This document shows positions 25,088 through 34,924 of a stretch of 42,190 bases of DNA, piece by piece. Under the pieces are notes generated by a model. That model did not search any database, was not told where the DNA came from, and worked only from the letters and a program-made list of their open reading frames with translations. Source of the stretch: a bacterium (GTDB lineage: Bacteria; Eisenbacteria; RBG-16-71-46). The stretch spans positions 1 through 42,190 of the forward strand of contig JAYWEM010000072.1 of assembly GCA_043779265.1 (NCBI GenBank), given 5' to 3'. The position numbers and the translations under genes are program-made. Each line of letters opens with the position of its first letter. Positions within the stretch are counted from its first letter, which is position 1.

Positions 25088-25420
25088 GTCGCCGCCGCCT
25101 CGCACGAGTCGGCCTTCGGCAGCCCCCTGGCTGGTGCTGGCGGCCATTCTGCTTGCGCTTCGGCTTGCTGCGACGATCTGGGGGGACGCACGCCCCGGAG
25201 GGCATCGATCTCCCGATGCCAGCGGCCCCGCCTTCCGCGTTTCGCCACGCTGAACTTTGTGTGGCTCGCTGTGGGCGAGATGACCCACTCGCTTGAGAGA
25301 GTCACATTGGTGCTTCAAATGACCGACTCGCGACTGTAGCCTGTTCATCGCCGCGATATCCTGTCCGCGCTCCGTGCGCAGGGCCCGGCGCCCTCACCCA
25401 TTCCTCTCGGGAGGTCCCCC

Positions 25421-28400
25421 ATGTCCTTGATGCGAAACACGCTATCCGCGCTCGCCTTGCTGTCGGTGTGCGCCGTCTCCGCCTCGGCTCAGGTTCGGCC
25501 GCGCGCGTGGGCGCCTTCGGCGCCCGCCTCGGAGCGAACGTCCGCCACGAAGTCACTCGAGATCGATGAGAACGACGCCGACATGCCGCCCTTCGCGCAG
25601 GGCATCATCGAGAAGGAGGAGTACCTCCGCCTTCGCACGCAGTACTTCGAGGAGCGGCTCGACTCGCCCTTCGGTGTGGCGCACGCCGGCCGCCTCAGCG
25701 CCATCGCGCAGATGAAGCGCCAGGCGGCTGAGCAGGGTGCCTTCGCCGTGTTCGGCTCGTGGAGCCCGATCGGTCCCGATCCGATCCCGAACGGTCAGAC
25801 CACCACCGTCTCGACGCCGGTGAGCGGCCGCACGACGTCGATCGTCATCCATCCGACCGATCCCAACACGGTTTATGTCGGCACGGCTCAGGGCGGCGTC
25901 TATCGCACGCTTGATGGTGGCGCGACGTGGACGGCCATCTTCGATCAGGCCGCATCGCTCGCCATCGGCTCGCTGGCGCTCTCGACCACCGATCCGACCA
26001 CGCTGTTCGTCGGCACGGGTGAGGCGCACGGTTCCTGTGACAGCTACTTCGGCGTGGGCCTCTATCGCATCCAGAATGCCGCCACGGCCCCGGTGCTGCA
26101 CGGACCGTTCAATCCGTTGGTCGCCACCGGCATTGCCGGGACCACGGCGTTCACCGGCCGTTCGATCGCCACGATCGCGGTGCACCCGACCGATCCCAAC
26201 ATCATCTTCGTCGGAACGACGTCGGGCATCGGCGGCATCGGTTGCGACGCGCTCTCGGGCTTCGTCCCGCCTCTGGCGCTGCGCGGTCTCTACCGCTCGA
26301 CCAACGCTCTGAGTGGCGCGCCGACGTTCGAGAAGATCCGCGTCTCGGGTGACGGCAGTGTGGCGCCGGATGTCTCGGGCAGTCGCAACACGCACGACGT
26401 GAAGTTCGACCCCAATGACTCCAACCGCCTCGTGCTCTGGTACAGCGGCGGGACGGGTGTGGGCAATGGCGGCATCTTCGTCACGTCGAATGCGCTTGCC
26501 CCGGTGCCCACGTTCACCAACACGCTCTCCTCGACGGCGAGCTTCATCCGTGGCGAGATCGCGGTGACGCAGCAGGGCGGCGTCACGAAGTGGATGCTCG
26601 CGAACGGTGAGTCGAGCAATGGCCGCATCCGCCGCTCGCTGGATGGCGGTATGACGTGGTCCGCGACGCTGGGCGGCGCCGGCTACTGCGGCGGCCAGTG
26701 CTTCTACGACATCGCCATCGGCATGCCCCCGGGCGACACGGCGACCGTGCTGCTCGGCGGCGCTGCCGGCACCGGCATCATGCAGCGCTCCGTCAACGGC
26801 GGCGTGACATTCGCGCAGGCGGCCACGGGTCTTCATGCGGACACCCATGCGCTCGCGTTCTCGCAGTCGAACCCGGATATCGTCTATGAGGGTTCGGACG
26901 GCGGTATCTACAAGTCCACCAATCGCGGTGCCACCTGGACGTCGATGAACACGGCCGGCTTCAGCGCAACACAGTTCCAGGGCCTCGACATCCATCCGAC
27001 CGATCCCAACTTCACCATCGGTGGGACGCAGGACAACGGCACCAACTGGTACAAGCCCGATGGCACGTGGTTCCGCGTCGACTTCGGCGACGGCGGTATG
27101 GCCGTGATCGATCAGAACGCGCCGGACGTCACGAACGTCACCATGTATCACACGTACTTCAACCAGGTCGGCGCGATGGGTTACAGCAAGGTCACGAACA
27201 CGGCCGCGGCGTTCGACGGTAACTGGACGCTCTACGGCTGTGGCTTCGGCGGCTCGGTCCCGAACGGGATGACCTGCTCCGATGGTGCGGTGCTGTTCTA
27301 CGCTCCACTCGTCCGTGGCCCGGGCAGCCCGAACACGCTGTACTACGGTTCGGACCGCCTCTATCGCTCCTCGAACGCGGGCGTCACGATGACTCTGGCC
27401 AGCCAGGGCCCGATCGTGGCCGGCGTCCCGGTCAGCGCAATTGGCATCGCGCCCGGCGATGACAACCGACGTGTCGTGGGCCTTCGCAACGGTCGCGTGT
27501 TCTCGACCGGCACGGGAACGACGCCGCTGCTCGAGGTGACGGGTGCGATCCCGGCCAAGTTCGTCTCGCGCGTGGTGTTCGATCCGACCAACCCCAACAT
27601 CGCCTACCTGACGCTCGCCGGATTCGGCGTGGCGGCGGGGCAGCATGTCTGGCGCACGACGGACATCACCAACGCGGCGGCGTGGACGGTGGCCGGCAAT
27701 GGCATCCCGGATGTGCCAGTCAACTCGATCGCCGTGGATCCGCTGTTCCCCGCGACGCTGTACGCCGCGACGGACATCGGCGTCTATCGCAGCACGGACT
27801 CGGGCGCCAACTGGTCGCCGTACATGACCGGCATGCCGGTCGTGGCGTGCTTCGACATCGCGGTCCAGCCGACCAACCGCATCTTGCGTGTCGCCACGCA
27901 CGGTCGCGGCATGTTCGAGCGGCTGCTCGACGCCCCGGTCGCCACGCAGCTGGCACTGGTCGGCAGCGAGTTGGTCGAGGGTCGCGCGCGGTTGACGTGG
28001 TACTCGGGCGACGGCAGCGGCGAGCAGGTGCGCATCTACCGCCGATACGTGCCGGGCGACTTCGCCGAGGTGGCCACGGCCACGATCGGCGGCGATGGCC
28101 TGGTGAGCTACGAGGACGCCACGATCGAAGCCGGCCGCAGCTACGAGTACGAGGTCGGCGTGATGAACGGCGGGCGTGAGATGCGCCTCGGCCGTGTGTG
28201 GCTCGACGTCCCCGTCGGCCGCAGCCTCACGGTCCGCGCGGCCTCCAGCCGTTCGGGCGAGCTTCGTCTGGCGATCGTGCTTCCGACGACGGAAGCCGCG
28301 AGCCTCGAGCTGGTCGACGTGACCGGTCGCCGTGTCGCACAGCGCGACCTCACCGCACGTACGGCGGGTGATCACGAGGTGGCCTTCGACACTGGCGCGA

Positions 28401-28477
28401 TGAAGCCCGGCATCTACTGGGCGCGCATCACGCAGGCGGGCAAGCTGGCGTCAGCGAAGGTCGTCTACAGCCGCTGA
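25421..28477 (+). CDS. Large secreted BNR/Asp-box beta-propeller protein (VPS10/GH74-like fold) with C-terminal T9SS/FlgD-like domain
   Basis: GGAGG RBS, signal peptide; Asp-boxes RTLDGGATW, RSLDGGMTW, KSTNRGATW, RSTDSGANW; GGTQDNG; ATHGRG; C-terminal LVDVTGRRV...PGIYWARI. Confidence 0.87.
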   Translation: MSLMRNTLSALALLSVCAVSASAQVRPRAWAPSAPASERTSATKSLEIDENDADMPPFAQGIIEKEEYLRLRTQYFEERLDSPFGVAHAGRLSAIAQMKRQAAEQGAFAVFGSWSPIGPDPIPNGQTTTVSTPVSGRTTSIVIHPTDPNTVYVGTAQGGVYRTLDGGATWTAIFDQAASLAIGSLALSTTDPTTLFVGTGEAHGSCDSYFGVGLYRIQNAATAPVLHGPFNPLVATGIAGTTAFTGRSIATIAVHPTDPNIIFVGTTSGIGGIGCDALSGFVPPLALRGLYRSTNALSGAPTFEKIRVSGDGSVAPDVSGSRNTHDVKFDPNDSNRLVLWYSGGTGVGNGGIFVTSNALAPVPTFTNTLSSTASFIRGEIAVTQQGGVTKWMLANGESSNGRIRRSLDGGMTWSATLGGAGYCGGQCFYDIAIGMPPGDTATVLLGGAAGTGIMQRSVNGGVTFAQAATGLHADTHALAFSQSNPDIVYEGSDGGIYKSTNRGATWTSMNTAGFSATQFQGLDIHPTDPNFTIGGTQDNGTNWYKPDGTWFRVDFGDGGMAVIDQNAPDVTNVTMYHTYFNQVGAMGYSKVTNTAAAFDGNWTLYGCGFGGSVPNGMTCSDGAVLFYAPLVRGPGSPNTLYYGSDRLYRSSNAGVTMTLASQGPIVAGVPVSAIGIAPGDDNRRVVGLRNGRVFSTGTGTTPLLEVTGAIPAKFVSRVVFDPTNPNIAYLTLAGFGVAAGQHVWRTTDITNAAAWTVAGNGIPDVPVNSIAVDPLFPATLYAATDIGVYRSTDSGANWSPYMTGMPVVACFDIAVQPTNRILRVATHGRGMFERLLDAPVATQLALVGSELVEGRARLTWYSGDGSGEQVRIYRRYVPGDFAEVATATIGGDGLVSYEDATIEAGRSYEYEVGVMNGGREMRLGRVWLDVPVGRSLTVRAASSRSGELRLAIVLPTTEAASLELVDVTGRRVAQRDLTARTAGDHEVAFDTGAMKPGIYWARITQAGKLASAKVVYSR

Positions 28478-28497
28478 TCCCCGTCGCAGGAAACGAG

Positions 28498-28527
28498 AGA
28501 GGGCCCCGGCGATCGCCGGGGCCCTCT
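28498..28527. terminator. Perfect 30-bp palindrome between convergent genes (bidirectional terminator)
   Basis: agagggccccggcga|tcgccggggccctct. Confidence 0.75.
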
Positions 28528-28551
28528 TCGCATGTCGGTCGAATGACTCGC

Positions 28552-31278
28552 TCAGCGCAGGATCGCGACGCGACGGACCCCGAGCGGTGCGCCGTCGAGG
28601 AGCACTCGCGCGAAGTAGATCCCGCTCGACAGGGTGCTCGGCAGTGCGGCCGTGAGCGTGTGTCGACCGGGAGGAAGCAACCCCTCATGCAACGGGGCGA
28701 GGACGCGACCCTGGAGGTCATGCAACGTCCAGGTGAGGCGCTGGGCCCGGGTCAGGTGGATGGCCTGATGAAGCGTGCTCGTGGCCGGGTACGGCCAAGC
28801 GGACCCCAGTGCGAGCTCGCCGGCTGCGACCTGCGGGGCATCGAGCGTCACGCCGCCCGGGAACTCGACACGCACCCGATCCACCCACCAGCCTTCGCCT
28901 CCCAGGAAGTCGTCGGCGGTCATGCGGAATCGCAGCCGCACCGGGCCGGGTGCGTAAGGCGAGAGATCGATGATCGTCTCGCGCCACGGACTCGATCCGC
29001 TCCAACAGGGCGAGCCTGCTGCGAAGGGCTGACCGCTTCCCGACTGCGTGTGCGAATAGCCTCCGATGGGCAGGGCGATCTGCCACGGCCCATTGGCGAG
29101 CGAGATCTCGACTCTCGCGCCGTCCCACGCACGCATGGCGTCGCGTTGCTCGAGATCGTGACGGTGCTCGAAGCGGAGCCTGGAACCTGGCGGCAAGGAG
29201 GGAATGAGCGGCGAGTAGAGCGCCCCATCGACGTGCGGCGGATACTCCGTGCCGTCACGCGAGCCGCTGTGCCACGCGAACTCGCCGCCCGCCGGACCGC
29301 TCAGCGAGTCGCGGCGCGAGATGTGCCACAGCGTGCGCCAGGAGTAGAGGACATTGAATGTGAACCAGGGAGTCGGGTTCTCGAAGTCCTCGATCCAGTC
29401 ATCGATCACGAGCAGCGTGTCCCAGCTGGCGTTCGAATAGCCGAGGTTCGCGGCCAAGGCGCGGTCGCGCGCCACCAGGCGATAGGCGATGCGAGTGCCC
29501 TCGGCGTGCGTGCCGCCGAGGGCGACCGTGAACGAGTCGGCGCCCGCCCGCGTGCCGGGCAGGAGCAATGTGGGCCCGGCGCCCACCCTGATCTCCGCCC
29601 AAAGACTGTCGACCCCGACCCCATCGGTGGCGCGTGCGAGCAGCGACTGCGGCAGCCGCGTGCGACCCTGCGCCCGCACGGGCGTGTGCCGGACGAGTGG
29701 GGCCGAGGTGTCGAGGCCGATCGAGAAGGCGTGAAGCGGCGACTGGGCGCCGAGCGCGAGCCAGCCCGGCACGGAGGCGGAATCGCTGGAAGCCGTGACG
29801 CGGTACCCGACGCGCGTCCCCAGCGGGAAACCTGGGAGGAGTGCGGAGAACTGGTCGGGTGACGATGGGTTCATCGCGAGGCTCTGCTCGGGGCCGAGCG
29901 AGTCGGTGCGCCAGTGGAGGCGGACCGAGGCGGGATCGATCGCGTGCGGCCTGGAACCCTCGCCGATCGCGATACGCGCCGATACGAGGCGCGGCACGCT
30001 CGCCTGCTCGGAATCGAGCAGCGGGAGGTGGTCGATGGTCACCGCTCCGGCGAGCGGGTCCATGTCGAGATCGATCGACATGCGACCCTCGGTCGCGACC
30101 GAGATCGTGCTCGCGAACCGATCCTGGATCACGCCGAGCTTCGCCAGGTCCGCTGGCGTGGCGGCCGCGCCACGAGGCGTCACGAGCACGAACGCCACGC
30201 GAACCGTGTCGCCGCCGCTGGTGGACGCCGGAAGTCGCACGCCGTGGACTCGCTCGATGTCCGCCACGCTCCAGCGAACCGCACGACCGTCACAGCTCAC
30301 ACCGACCTGAGGGATGCTCGTCGGGATGTAGTGGCCGGCGGGCGAGAGATCGGTTGGGTTGTCGATGATAAGGAGAGAATCCATCTCGGCCCGCGTGCGA
30401 ACGCCCATCAAGTACTGATCGAGCGATCCGAAACGCTCGCTCACGCTCATGGTCACGAACGAGTCGGGGGCCACCTCCTGCCACTCGCAGCCCTCCATGA
30501 AGGAGCCCTCGGAGTCGAAGAAGAACCCCCAGTGCTGCAGGTCGCGGCCGAGCAACAAGGTACTGGTGGTGCCCGCGGAGTCGAGGAATGTGTAGGACAG
30601 CCAGCGATGCCCGAACTCATGCGCCAGTACATCCATCGTGCTGAACGTGTCGCCCGGCCCGCCGATCGGTGCATCGGGGTCGTCCGGATAGCGATGCAGC
30701 CCATTCATCGTGAGCAGGGCGGAGAGGCGGCTCGGGATCCCGAGTGCGCCGGTCAGGTCGTAGAGTCCGAGGCCGATCCCCGCCACGTCATTGCGAACGA
30801 CCCAGGCGGCGGCGAGTGCTCCGGGCGAGCCGAGCCACTGATCGAGGCCGCTGGCGAGGTAGATCGCCAGTTGGTCGGGTTGGTCCGCGTGCGTGCGAGC
30901 GTACGCACGGGCCACCGAGGCGATGTCGAGATGGGGCTGGCCACCCGAGTTCGTGTAGAAGAACGATCCGTCATCCTCGAGCACGGCGATGCCGCCGATG
31001 TCCCGCGTGTGCGTTGTCGCGAGAGGAATCTGCGGCCCGCGCGCCAACCACTCGGCAGCGTGTACGTGAAGAGCGTCGATCGAAGCGGCGCAGCCCACGG
31101 TTCGCCTGAGTGAGCGGGCGCTGGGGCTGGCGTTGGACTCCGCACGCCTGCTCACGTCGCTGATCGCACGCACCGCGGGCTCGGCAGCGGCGCGGGGCGA
31201 CGGAAGTGGCGCCGCGTGCGCCGCAGCCGCCAGAAGGGCCGCCGACAGGGTCAGCACGAACCAGGGACGAGCGCGCAT
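28552..31278 (-). CDS. Secreted zinc metalloprotease-like protein (HExxH) with beta-sandwich/jelly-roll domains and C-terminal T9SS-like domain
   Basis: Signal peptide ending AHA; LAHEFGHRW (30607-30621) followed by HW; LYSP...LRFEH...WDGARVEIS module; C-terminal AWPYP...DLQGR...SGIYFARV. Confidence 0.8.
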   Translation of the reverse strand: MRARPWFVLTLSAALLAAAAHAAPLPSPRAAAEPAVRAISDVSRRAESNASPSARSLRRTVGCAASIDALHVHAAEWLARGPQIPLATTHTRDIGGIAVLEDDGSFFYTNSGGQPHLDIASVARAYARTHADQPDQLAIYLASGLDQWLGSPGALAAAWVVRNDVAGIGLGLYDLTGALGIPSRLSALLTMNGLHRYPDDPDAPIGGPGDTFSTMDVLAHEFGHRWLSYTFLDSAGTTSTLLLGRDLQHWGFFFDSEGSFMEGCEWQEVAPDSFVTMSVSERFGSLDQYLMGVRTRAEMDSLLIIDNPTDLSPAGHYIPTSIPQVGVSCDGRAVRWSVADIERVHGVRLPASTSGGDTVRVAFVLVTPRGAAATPADLAKLGVIQDRFASTISVATEGRMSIDLDMDPLAGAVTIDHLPLLDSEQASVPRLVSARIAIGEGSRPHAIDPASVRLHWRTDSLGPEQSLAMNPSSPDQFSALLPGFPLGTRVGYRVTASSDSASVPGWLALGAQSPLHAFSIGLDTSAPLVRHTPVRAQGRTRLPQSLLARATDGVGVDSLWAEIRVGAGPTLLLPGTRAGADSFTVALGGTHAEGTRIAYRLVARDRALAANLGYSNASWDTLLVIDDWIEDFENPTPWFTFNVLYSWRTLWHISRRDSLSGPAGGEFAWHSGSRDGTEYPPHVDGALYSPLIPSLPPGSRLRFEHRHDLEQRDAMRAWDGARVEISLANGPWQIALPIGGYSHTQSGSGQPFAAGSPCWSGSSPWRETIIDLSPYAPGPVRLRFRMTADDFLGGEGWWVDRVRVEFPGGVTLDAPQVAAGELALGSAWPYPATSTLHQAIHLTRAQRLTWTLHDLQGRVLAPLHEGLLPPGRHTLTAALPSTLSSGIYFARVLLDGAPLGVRRVAILR

Positions 31279-31332
31279 CGGGCGAGTGTAGCCTGCGTCC
31301 CGCCCGGGCGACAGAGCCGGTTGAAGCGAAGC

Positions 31333-32817
31333 TCACTCGCCGGTCAGCACCTCGCCCCGGCCTTCAGCCGAGTGGAACCATGTGGCGTCAGCGGACGTGC
31401 GCCGTGGCCGGTCGGGGAAGTGGTGAGGCGAGAGACCATGACCGTCCCACTGCGGCAGCCGTGCGTACTCAGCGGCGGCGATCCACACTGCGGGGACCGC
31501 GATCGTCCACGCCACGAAGTCGGGCGTGTCGGTGAACACGAGTCCCTGGGCTCGCATGTGACTCTCATTCACGTGGAGCGCCTCGCGTTCTCTTGCCAGT
31601 CGCCCGCGGTCGATGTCGCCCTCGCGCCAGCCGTCGTGAAGCGCGGGCCCCGCCGAGAGCGAGAGCAGCAGGGCGAGCGCCGACATCCACAGCCGATCGC
31701 GGCGGAGCCAGGAGGGCAGCCACGAGCTGATGCCCTGTGCCCCGATCGCGGCACCGATGGCGAAGAGGGGGAGCAGTGGAGTCAGATAGCGCTCGTCGTA
31801 GAGCGTCGCGGTCATGATCGCGAGCGGAAGCAGCGCGAGTGCCGCGGCGGCGGCGGCCACGTCCCTCGATTCGCGGCGGAGGAAGGCGAAGCCGAGTCCG
31901 ATCGGGACCAGCAACCCCGTTGCCCCGCTGGGCGTCATGAGCACGCGCTTGGCCGAGGAGGGGAAGAACTCCGCCCACTTCGCAGGCAGGCTGGGCAGTG
32001 CCTCTCGCAGCGCCGCGGGCCACGCGGAGGGTGCGAGCGCGAAGTCCCGCATGACGGAGATGCCGGGTCGCTCGCGCCAGTAGCCGATCGCCAGGTAGCT
32101 CGAGAGATTGAAGAACGGCGTGCCGGCATGCACGAGGCCGTGCCATCCCCACGGCGCGACGACGCCCAGCAAGGCGATCGCGCCGCGCCACCAGTGGCCA
32201 CGCGAGAGCATCAACACAAGCGGTGCGGCGAGCAGGAACTCGGGACGCACGAGGGCCCCGAGGCCCATCGCCAAGCCGGCGAGGACGGCGCGAGGGCTCG
32301 GCCGCCAGGCCGCGTCGATCGCGACGATCAGGAGCCAGGCGCCGATCGGCAGTGCGACATCGTGGTGCACCGCACGGATCATCAAAGGCGACAGCGTGAC
32401 CAGGCCCGCGGCGGCGATGGCGACGGGAACGCTCGAGAGTCGCAGCGCCAACCTCGCCGTCGCCGCCGCGGCGAGTGCCGCGAAGAGCGCCGAGACCCAT
32501 GCCACCTGATCGATCGCCGCGGCCCCGAACCCGGCGACCAGTGGCGTCAGGATCAGCGGCACCAGCGGGCCGTGCACCAGCACGGGGACCGTTCCCATCC
32601 CATCTCGGAGCGACCACAGGGGAGGATGGATCACCGGGGTCTGGAACCCGGCGCCGGAGAGGAGCGACTTCGCAACGAGGCCGTACTCCCAACTGTCGTC
32701 CAATCGATCCGGAACGCCGCTACGCAGGAACAGCAGGTCGGCGCACCAGAACAGCGCCGCGATGGCGAACACCAGGAGCGGGATCGGGAGCGACCGAAGG
32801 CGCGAGGGAGCGGACAT
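31333..32817 (-). CDS. Membrane glycosyltransferase, GT-C fold (ArnT/PMT-like)
   Basis: Multi-TM; first-loop DDSWEY...HPPLW; LVRPE; ERYLTPLLP. Confidence 0.72.
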   Translation of the reverse strand: MSAPSRLRSLPIPLLVFAIAALFWCADLLFLRSGVPDRLDDSWEYGLVAKSLLSGAGFQTPVIHPPLWSLRDGMGTVPVLVHGPLVPLILTPLVAGFGAAAIDQVAWVSALFAALAAAATARLALRLSSVPVAIAAAGLVTLSPLMIRAVHHDVALPIGAWLLIVAIDAAWRPSPRAVLAGLAMGLGALVRPEFLLAAPLVLMLSRGHWWRGAIALLGVVAPWGWHGLVHAGTPFFNLSSYLAIGYWRERPGISVMRDFALAPSAWPAALREALPSLPAKWAEFFPSSAKRVLMTPSGATGLLVPIGLGFAFLRRESRDVAAAAAALALLPLAIMTATLYDERYLTPLLPLFAIGAAIGAQGISSWLPSWLRRDRLWMSALALLLSLSAGPALHDGWREGDIDRGRLAREREALHVNESHMRAQGLVFTDTPDFVAWTIAVPAVWIAAAEYARLPQWDGHGLSPHHFPDRPRRTSADATWFHSAEGRGEVLTGE

Positions 32818-32913
32818 GGCCCGCGACTCTGCCGCGCCACCCGCACATGGTCAAAGGAGCGCGTGCTATCGTCGCGCCCGCGTGACGGGTCGTCGGGTGC
32901 GGGGGAGCGAAGC

Positions 32914-34182
32914 GTGAACCTCGATTGGCATCGCCTCCGGGCGGTGGTGCTGCAGAGCGATGACTGGGGGCTCTGCGCCTGGGCAGCGGACGATCGCGCC
33001 CATCGCGCGCTCGCGGACCTGCCAGCGTTCCGAAGTGTGCCCGGGCGACGCTACGGTCGCTCGACGCTCGAGAGCGCCGCCGACGTCCGCGCGCTCGCCG
33101 ACGTGCTGGCCGACGTGCAGGGCGGGGATGCTCTCCCCTCGGTCCTGCAGGCCAACACCATCGTCGCCAATCCCGATGCCAGTCGCCTCGTCCCTCCCGA
33201 GTTCGCGGCCGAGTCGCTGCCGCTGATCGCGCATCCGCTGCAGCCGGCGCGCTGGGAGAGGCCCGGGCTCTGGGACGCAGTTCGAGAGGCCGGGCAGCGG
33301 GGTGTGTGGTGGGGGGAGTTGCATGGGCTGCATCATCTGCCCGCGACGGCCTGGCTCGCGGCCCTCCGCCGAGGTGAGGATGACGCGCGACGGGCGTTCG
33401 AGCACGCGAGTCCGATCTGCGCTGCGGTCGAGTCGAGCGGGGAATATGACGCCCGAGAGCCCCGCTCGGTGCGAGCCGAGGATCTCCGAGTCGCCATTCA
33501 GCACTTCGAAGCGCTCTTCGGCAGGCGCCCGACGTCGTTCTGCCCGCCCGACTATCGCTTCGACGAGTGGTTCGAGGACGAGGCCGCCTCGCAGGGCCTG
33601 ACGACGCTGCAGGGGCATGCCGAACGAGAGGGCCGCAGCTTCCCCCGGCTACGGCGATGGCTTGCACATTGGCGATTCCCGCAACTCGCAGGGGATCGAT
33701 TCCGCCTGCCTCCGCGCATCGCCTTCGAGCCGAGGGGAGTCGCCACTGCCGATGGTGCAGTCGGGATCTCGGTCGCGCTGTCGCGTTCACGCGATGCGTG
33801 GACGAGGGGCCAGCCCGCCATCCTCAGCACGCACCGACTGAACTACGCTCATCTGGATCCTGCGTGGTCCGAGGCGGGCCGAAAGGCATTGGGATCGCTC
33901 CTTCGCGGCCTCGCGCTCGAGGGCGCCCGGTTCTTGACGGACATGGAGGTGCGACAACTGGTCGAACGCGGTTGGTCGCTCAGATCGTCGGGGCCAGAGG
34001 CTGTGCTCCGTCACCATGGCGAGCCCCATGCGCCGCTGCGCTTCGCACTTCCCGCGGGGGCCACCGGCGTGCGATTCGCCGCTGCCCCCGCGGACGCATC
34101 GGCGATGCTCCAGTGCGTGGACGGAACGGCCGAAGCACGGGTGAGTGTCGGCGATTACCGGATCCGATGGGAGCGGGCATGA
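32914..34182 (+). CDS. Polysaccharide deacetylase-like protein
   Basis: GGGGAG RBS, GTG 32914; VVLQSDDWG, ELHGLHH, FGRRPTSFCPPDY, STHRLNY (NodB-like barrel motifs). Confidence 0.65.
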   Translation: MNLDWHRLRAVVLQSDDWGLCAWAADDRAHRALADLPAFRSVPGRRYGRSTLESAADVRALADVLADVQGGDALPSVLQANTIVANPDASRLVPPEFAAESLPLIAHPLQPARWERPGLWDAVREAGQRGVWWGELHGLHHLPATAWLAALRRGEDDARRAFEHASPICAAVESSGEYDAREPRSVRAEDLRVAIQHFEALFGRRPTSFCPPDYRFDEWFEDEAASQGLTTLQGHAEREGRSFPRLRRWLAHWRFPQLAGDRFRLPPRIAFEPRGVATADGAVGISVALSRSRDAWTRGQPAILSTHRLNYAHLDPAWSEAGRKALGSLLRGLALEGARFLTDMEVRQLVERGWSLRSSGPEAVLRHHGEPHAPLRFALPAGATGVRFAAAPADASAMLQCVDGTAEARVSVGDYRIRWERA

Positions 34183-34892
34183 GTGGAGCATGGCGACGGA
34201 TGACGAGCGGCGGCACGGGGCGCTGGTCCGTCTGGAAGTTCAATTGGCTCGCGAACCACAAGATCCTGCGCGCACTCGAACGCACGCGCGAGCACGCGCG
34301 TGGTGACCTGCTCGACATCGGCTGTGGCTCCAAGCCCTTCGCCCATGTCTTCGACGGACAGGTGCGCCGCTACTGGGGCACCGACCTCACCGCGTCGCGC
34401 TACCTGGGCGGTGCGAGGCTCGACGCGTTCGCCACCGCCGAGGCGCAGCCATTCCGTTCCGGTAGCTTCGACACGGTGCTCGGACTCTCGATGATCACGT
34501 ATCTGCCCGAACCCGCCCGGTTCCTCGACGAAGTGCACCGAGTGCTGCGGCCCGGAGGCATGCTGCTTCTGGAGTGCACGCAGATGGTGCCGCTGCATGA
34601 CGCACCGCATGACTACTTCCGCTACACGCGTTTCGGGGCGGCTCATCTCCTCGAGCAGGCGGGCTTCGAACCGGTCGCCTTCCTGCCCATCGGTGGGCTG
34701 TGGTCGCGTGTCGGATTGACGATGATCGCTGGACTCAACCGCTTGAATCGGGGTCCCACGCGGATCCTCACCGAGATCCCGGTGCGCCTGCTTTACATCG
34801 TGATCCAGACGACGTCCGAGTTGATGGACCGCGCGTTCGGAGATGAGCACGAGGTCCTGGCACATCTCGCCGTCGCTCGTCGCAAGCCTTGA
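34179..34892 (+). CDS. Class I SAM-dependent methyltransferase
   Basis: LLDIGCGSKPF, FDTV, RVLRPGG, PHDYFRYT; ATGA coupling. Confidence 0.88.
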   Translation: MSGAWRRMTSGGTGRWSVWKFNWLANHKILRALERTREHARGDLLDIGCGSKPFAHVFDGQVRRYWGTDLTASRYLGGARLDAFATAEAQPFRSGSFDTVLGLSMITYLPEPARFLDEVHRVLRPGGMLLLECTQMVPLHDAPHDYFRYTRFGAAHLLEQAGFEPVAFLPIGGLWSRVGLTMIAGLNRLNRGPTRILTEIPVRLLYIVIQTTSELMDRAFGDEHEVLAHLAVARRKP

Positions 34893-34924
34893 CCCTGCAG
34901 CGTCCGGCCCCCTAGCCTCAGCTC

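Noticed and set aside
25072..25305. 77-aa minus-strand ORF in the intergenic gap
   Set aside because: No clear RBS or motif, and it overlaps the permease stop; probably non-coding promoter region.
25553..28375. 940-aa minus-strand ORF, and similar long ORFs at 16896-19304, 39245-41137 and the 5' part of 31216-34182
   Set aside because: Arg/Ala-rich shadow or alternative frames overlapping well-supported genes.
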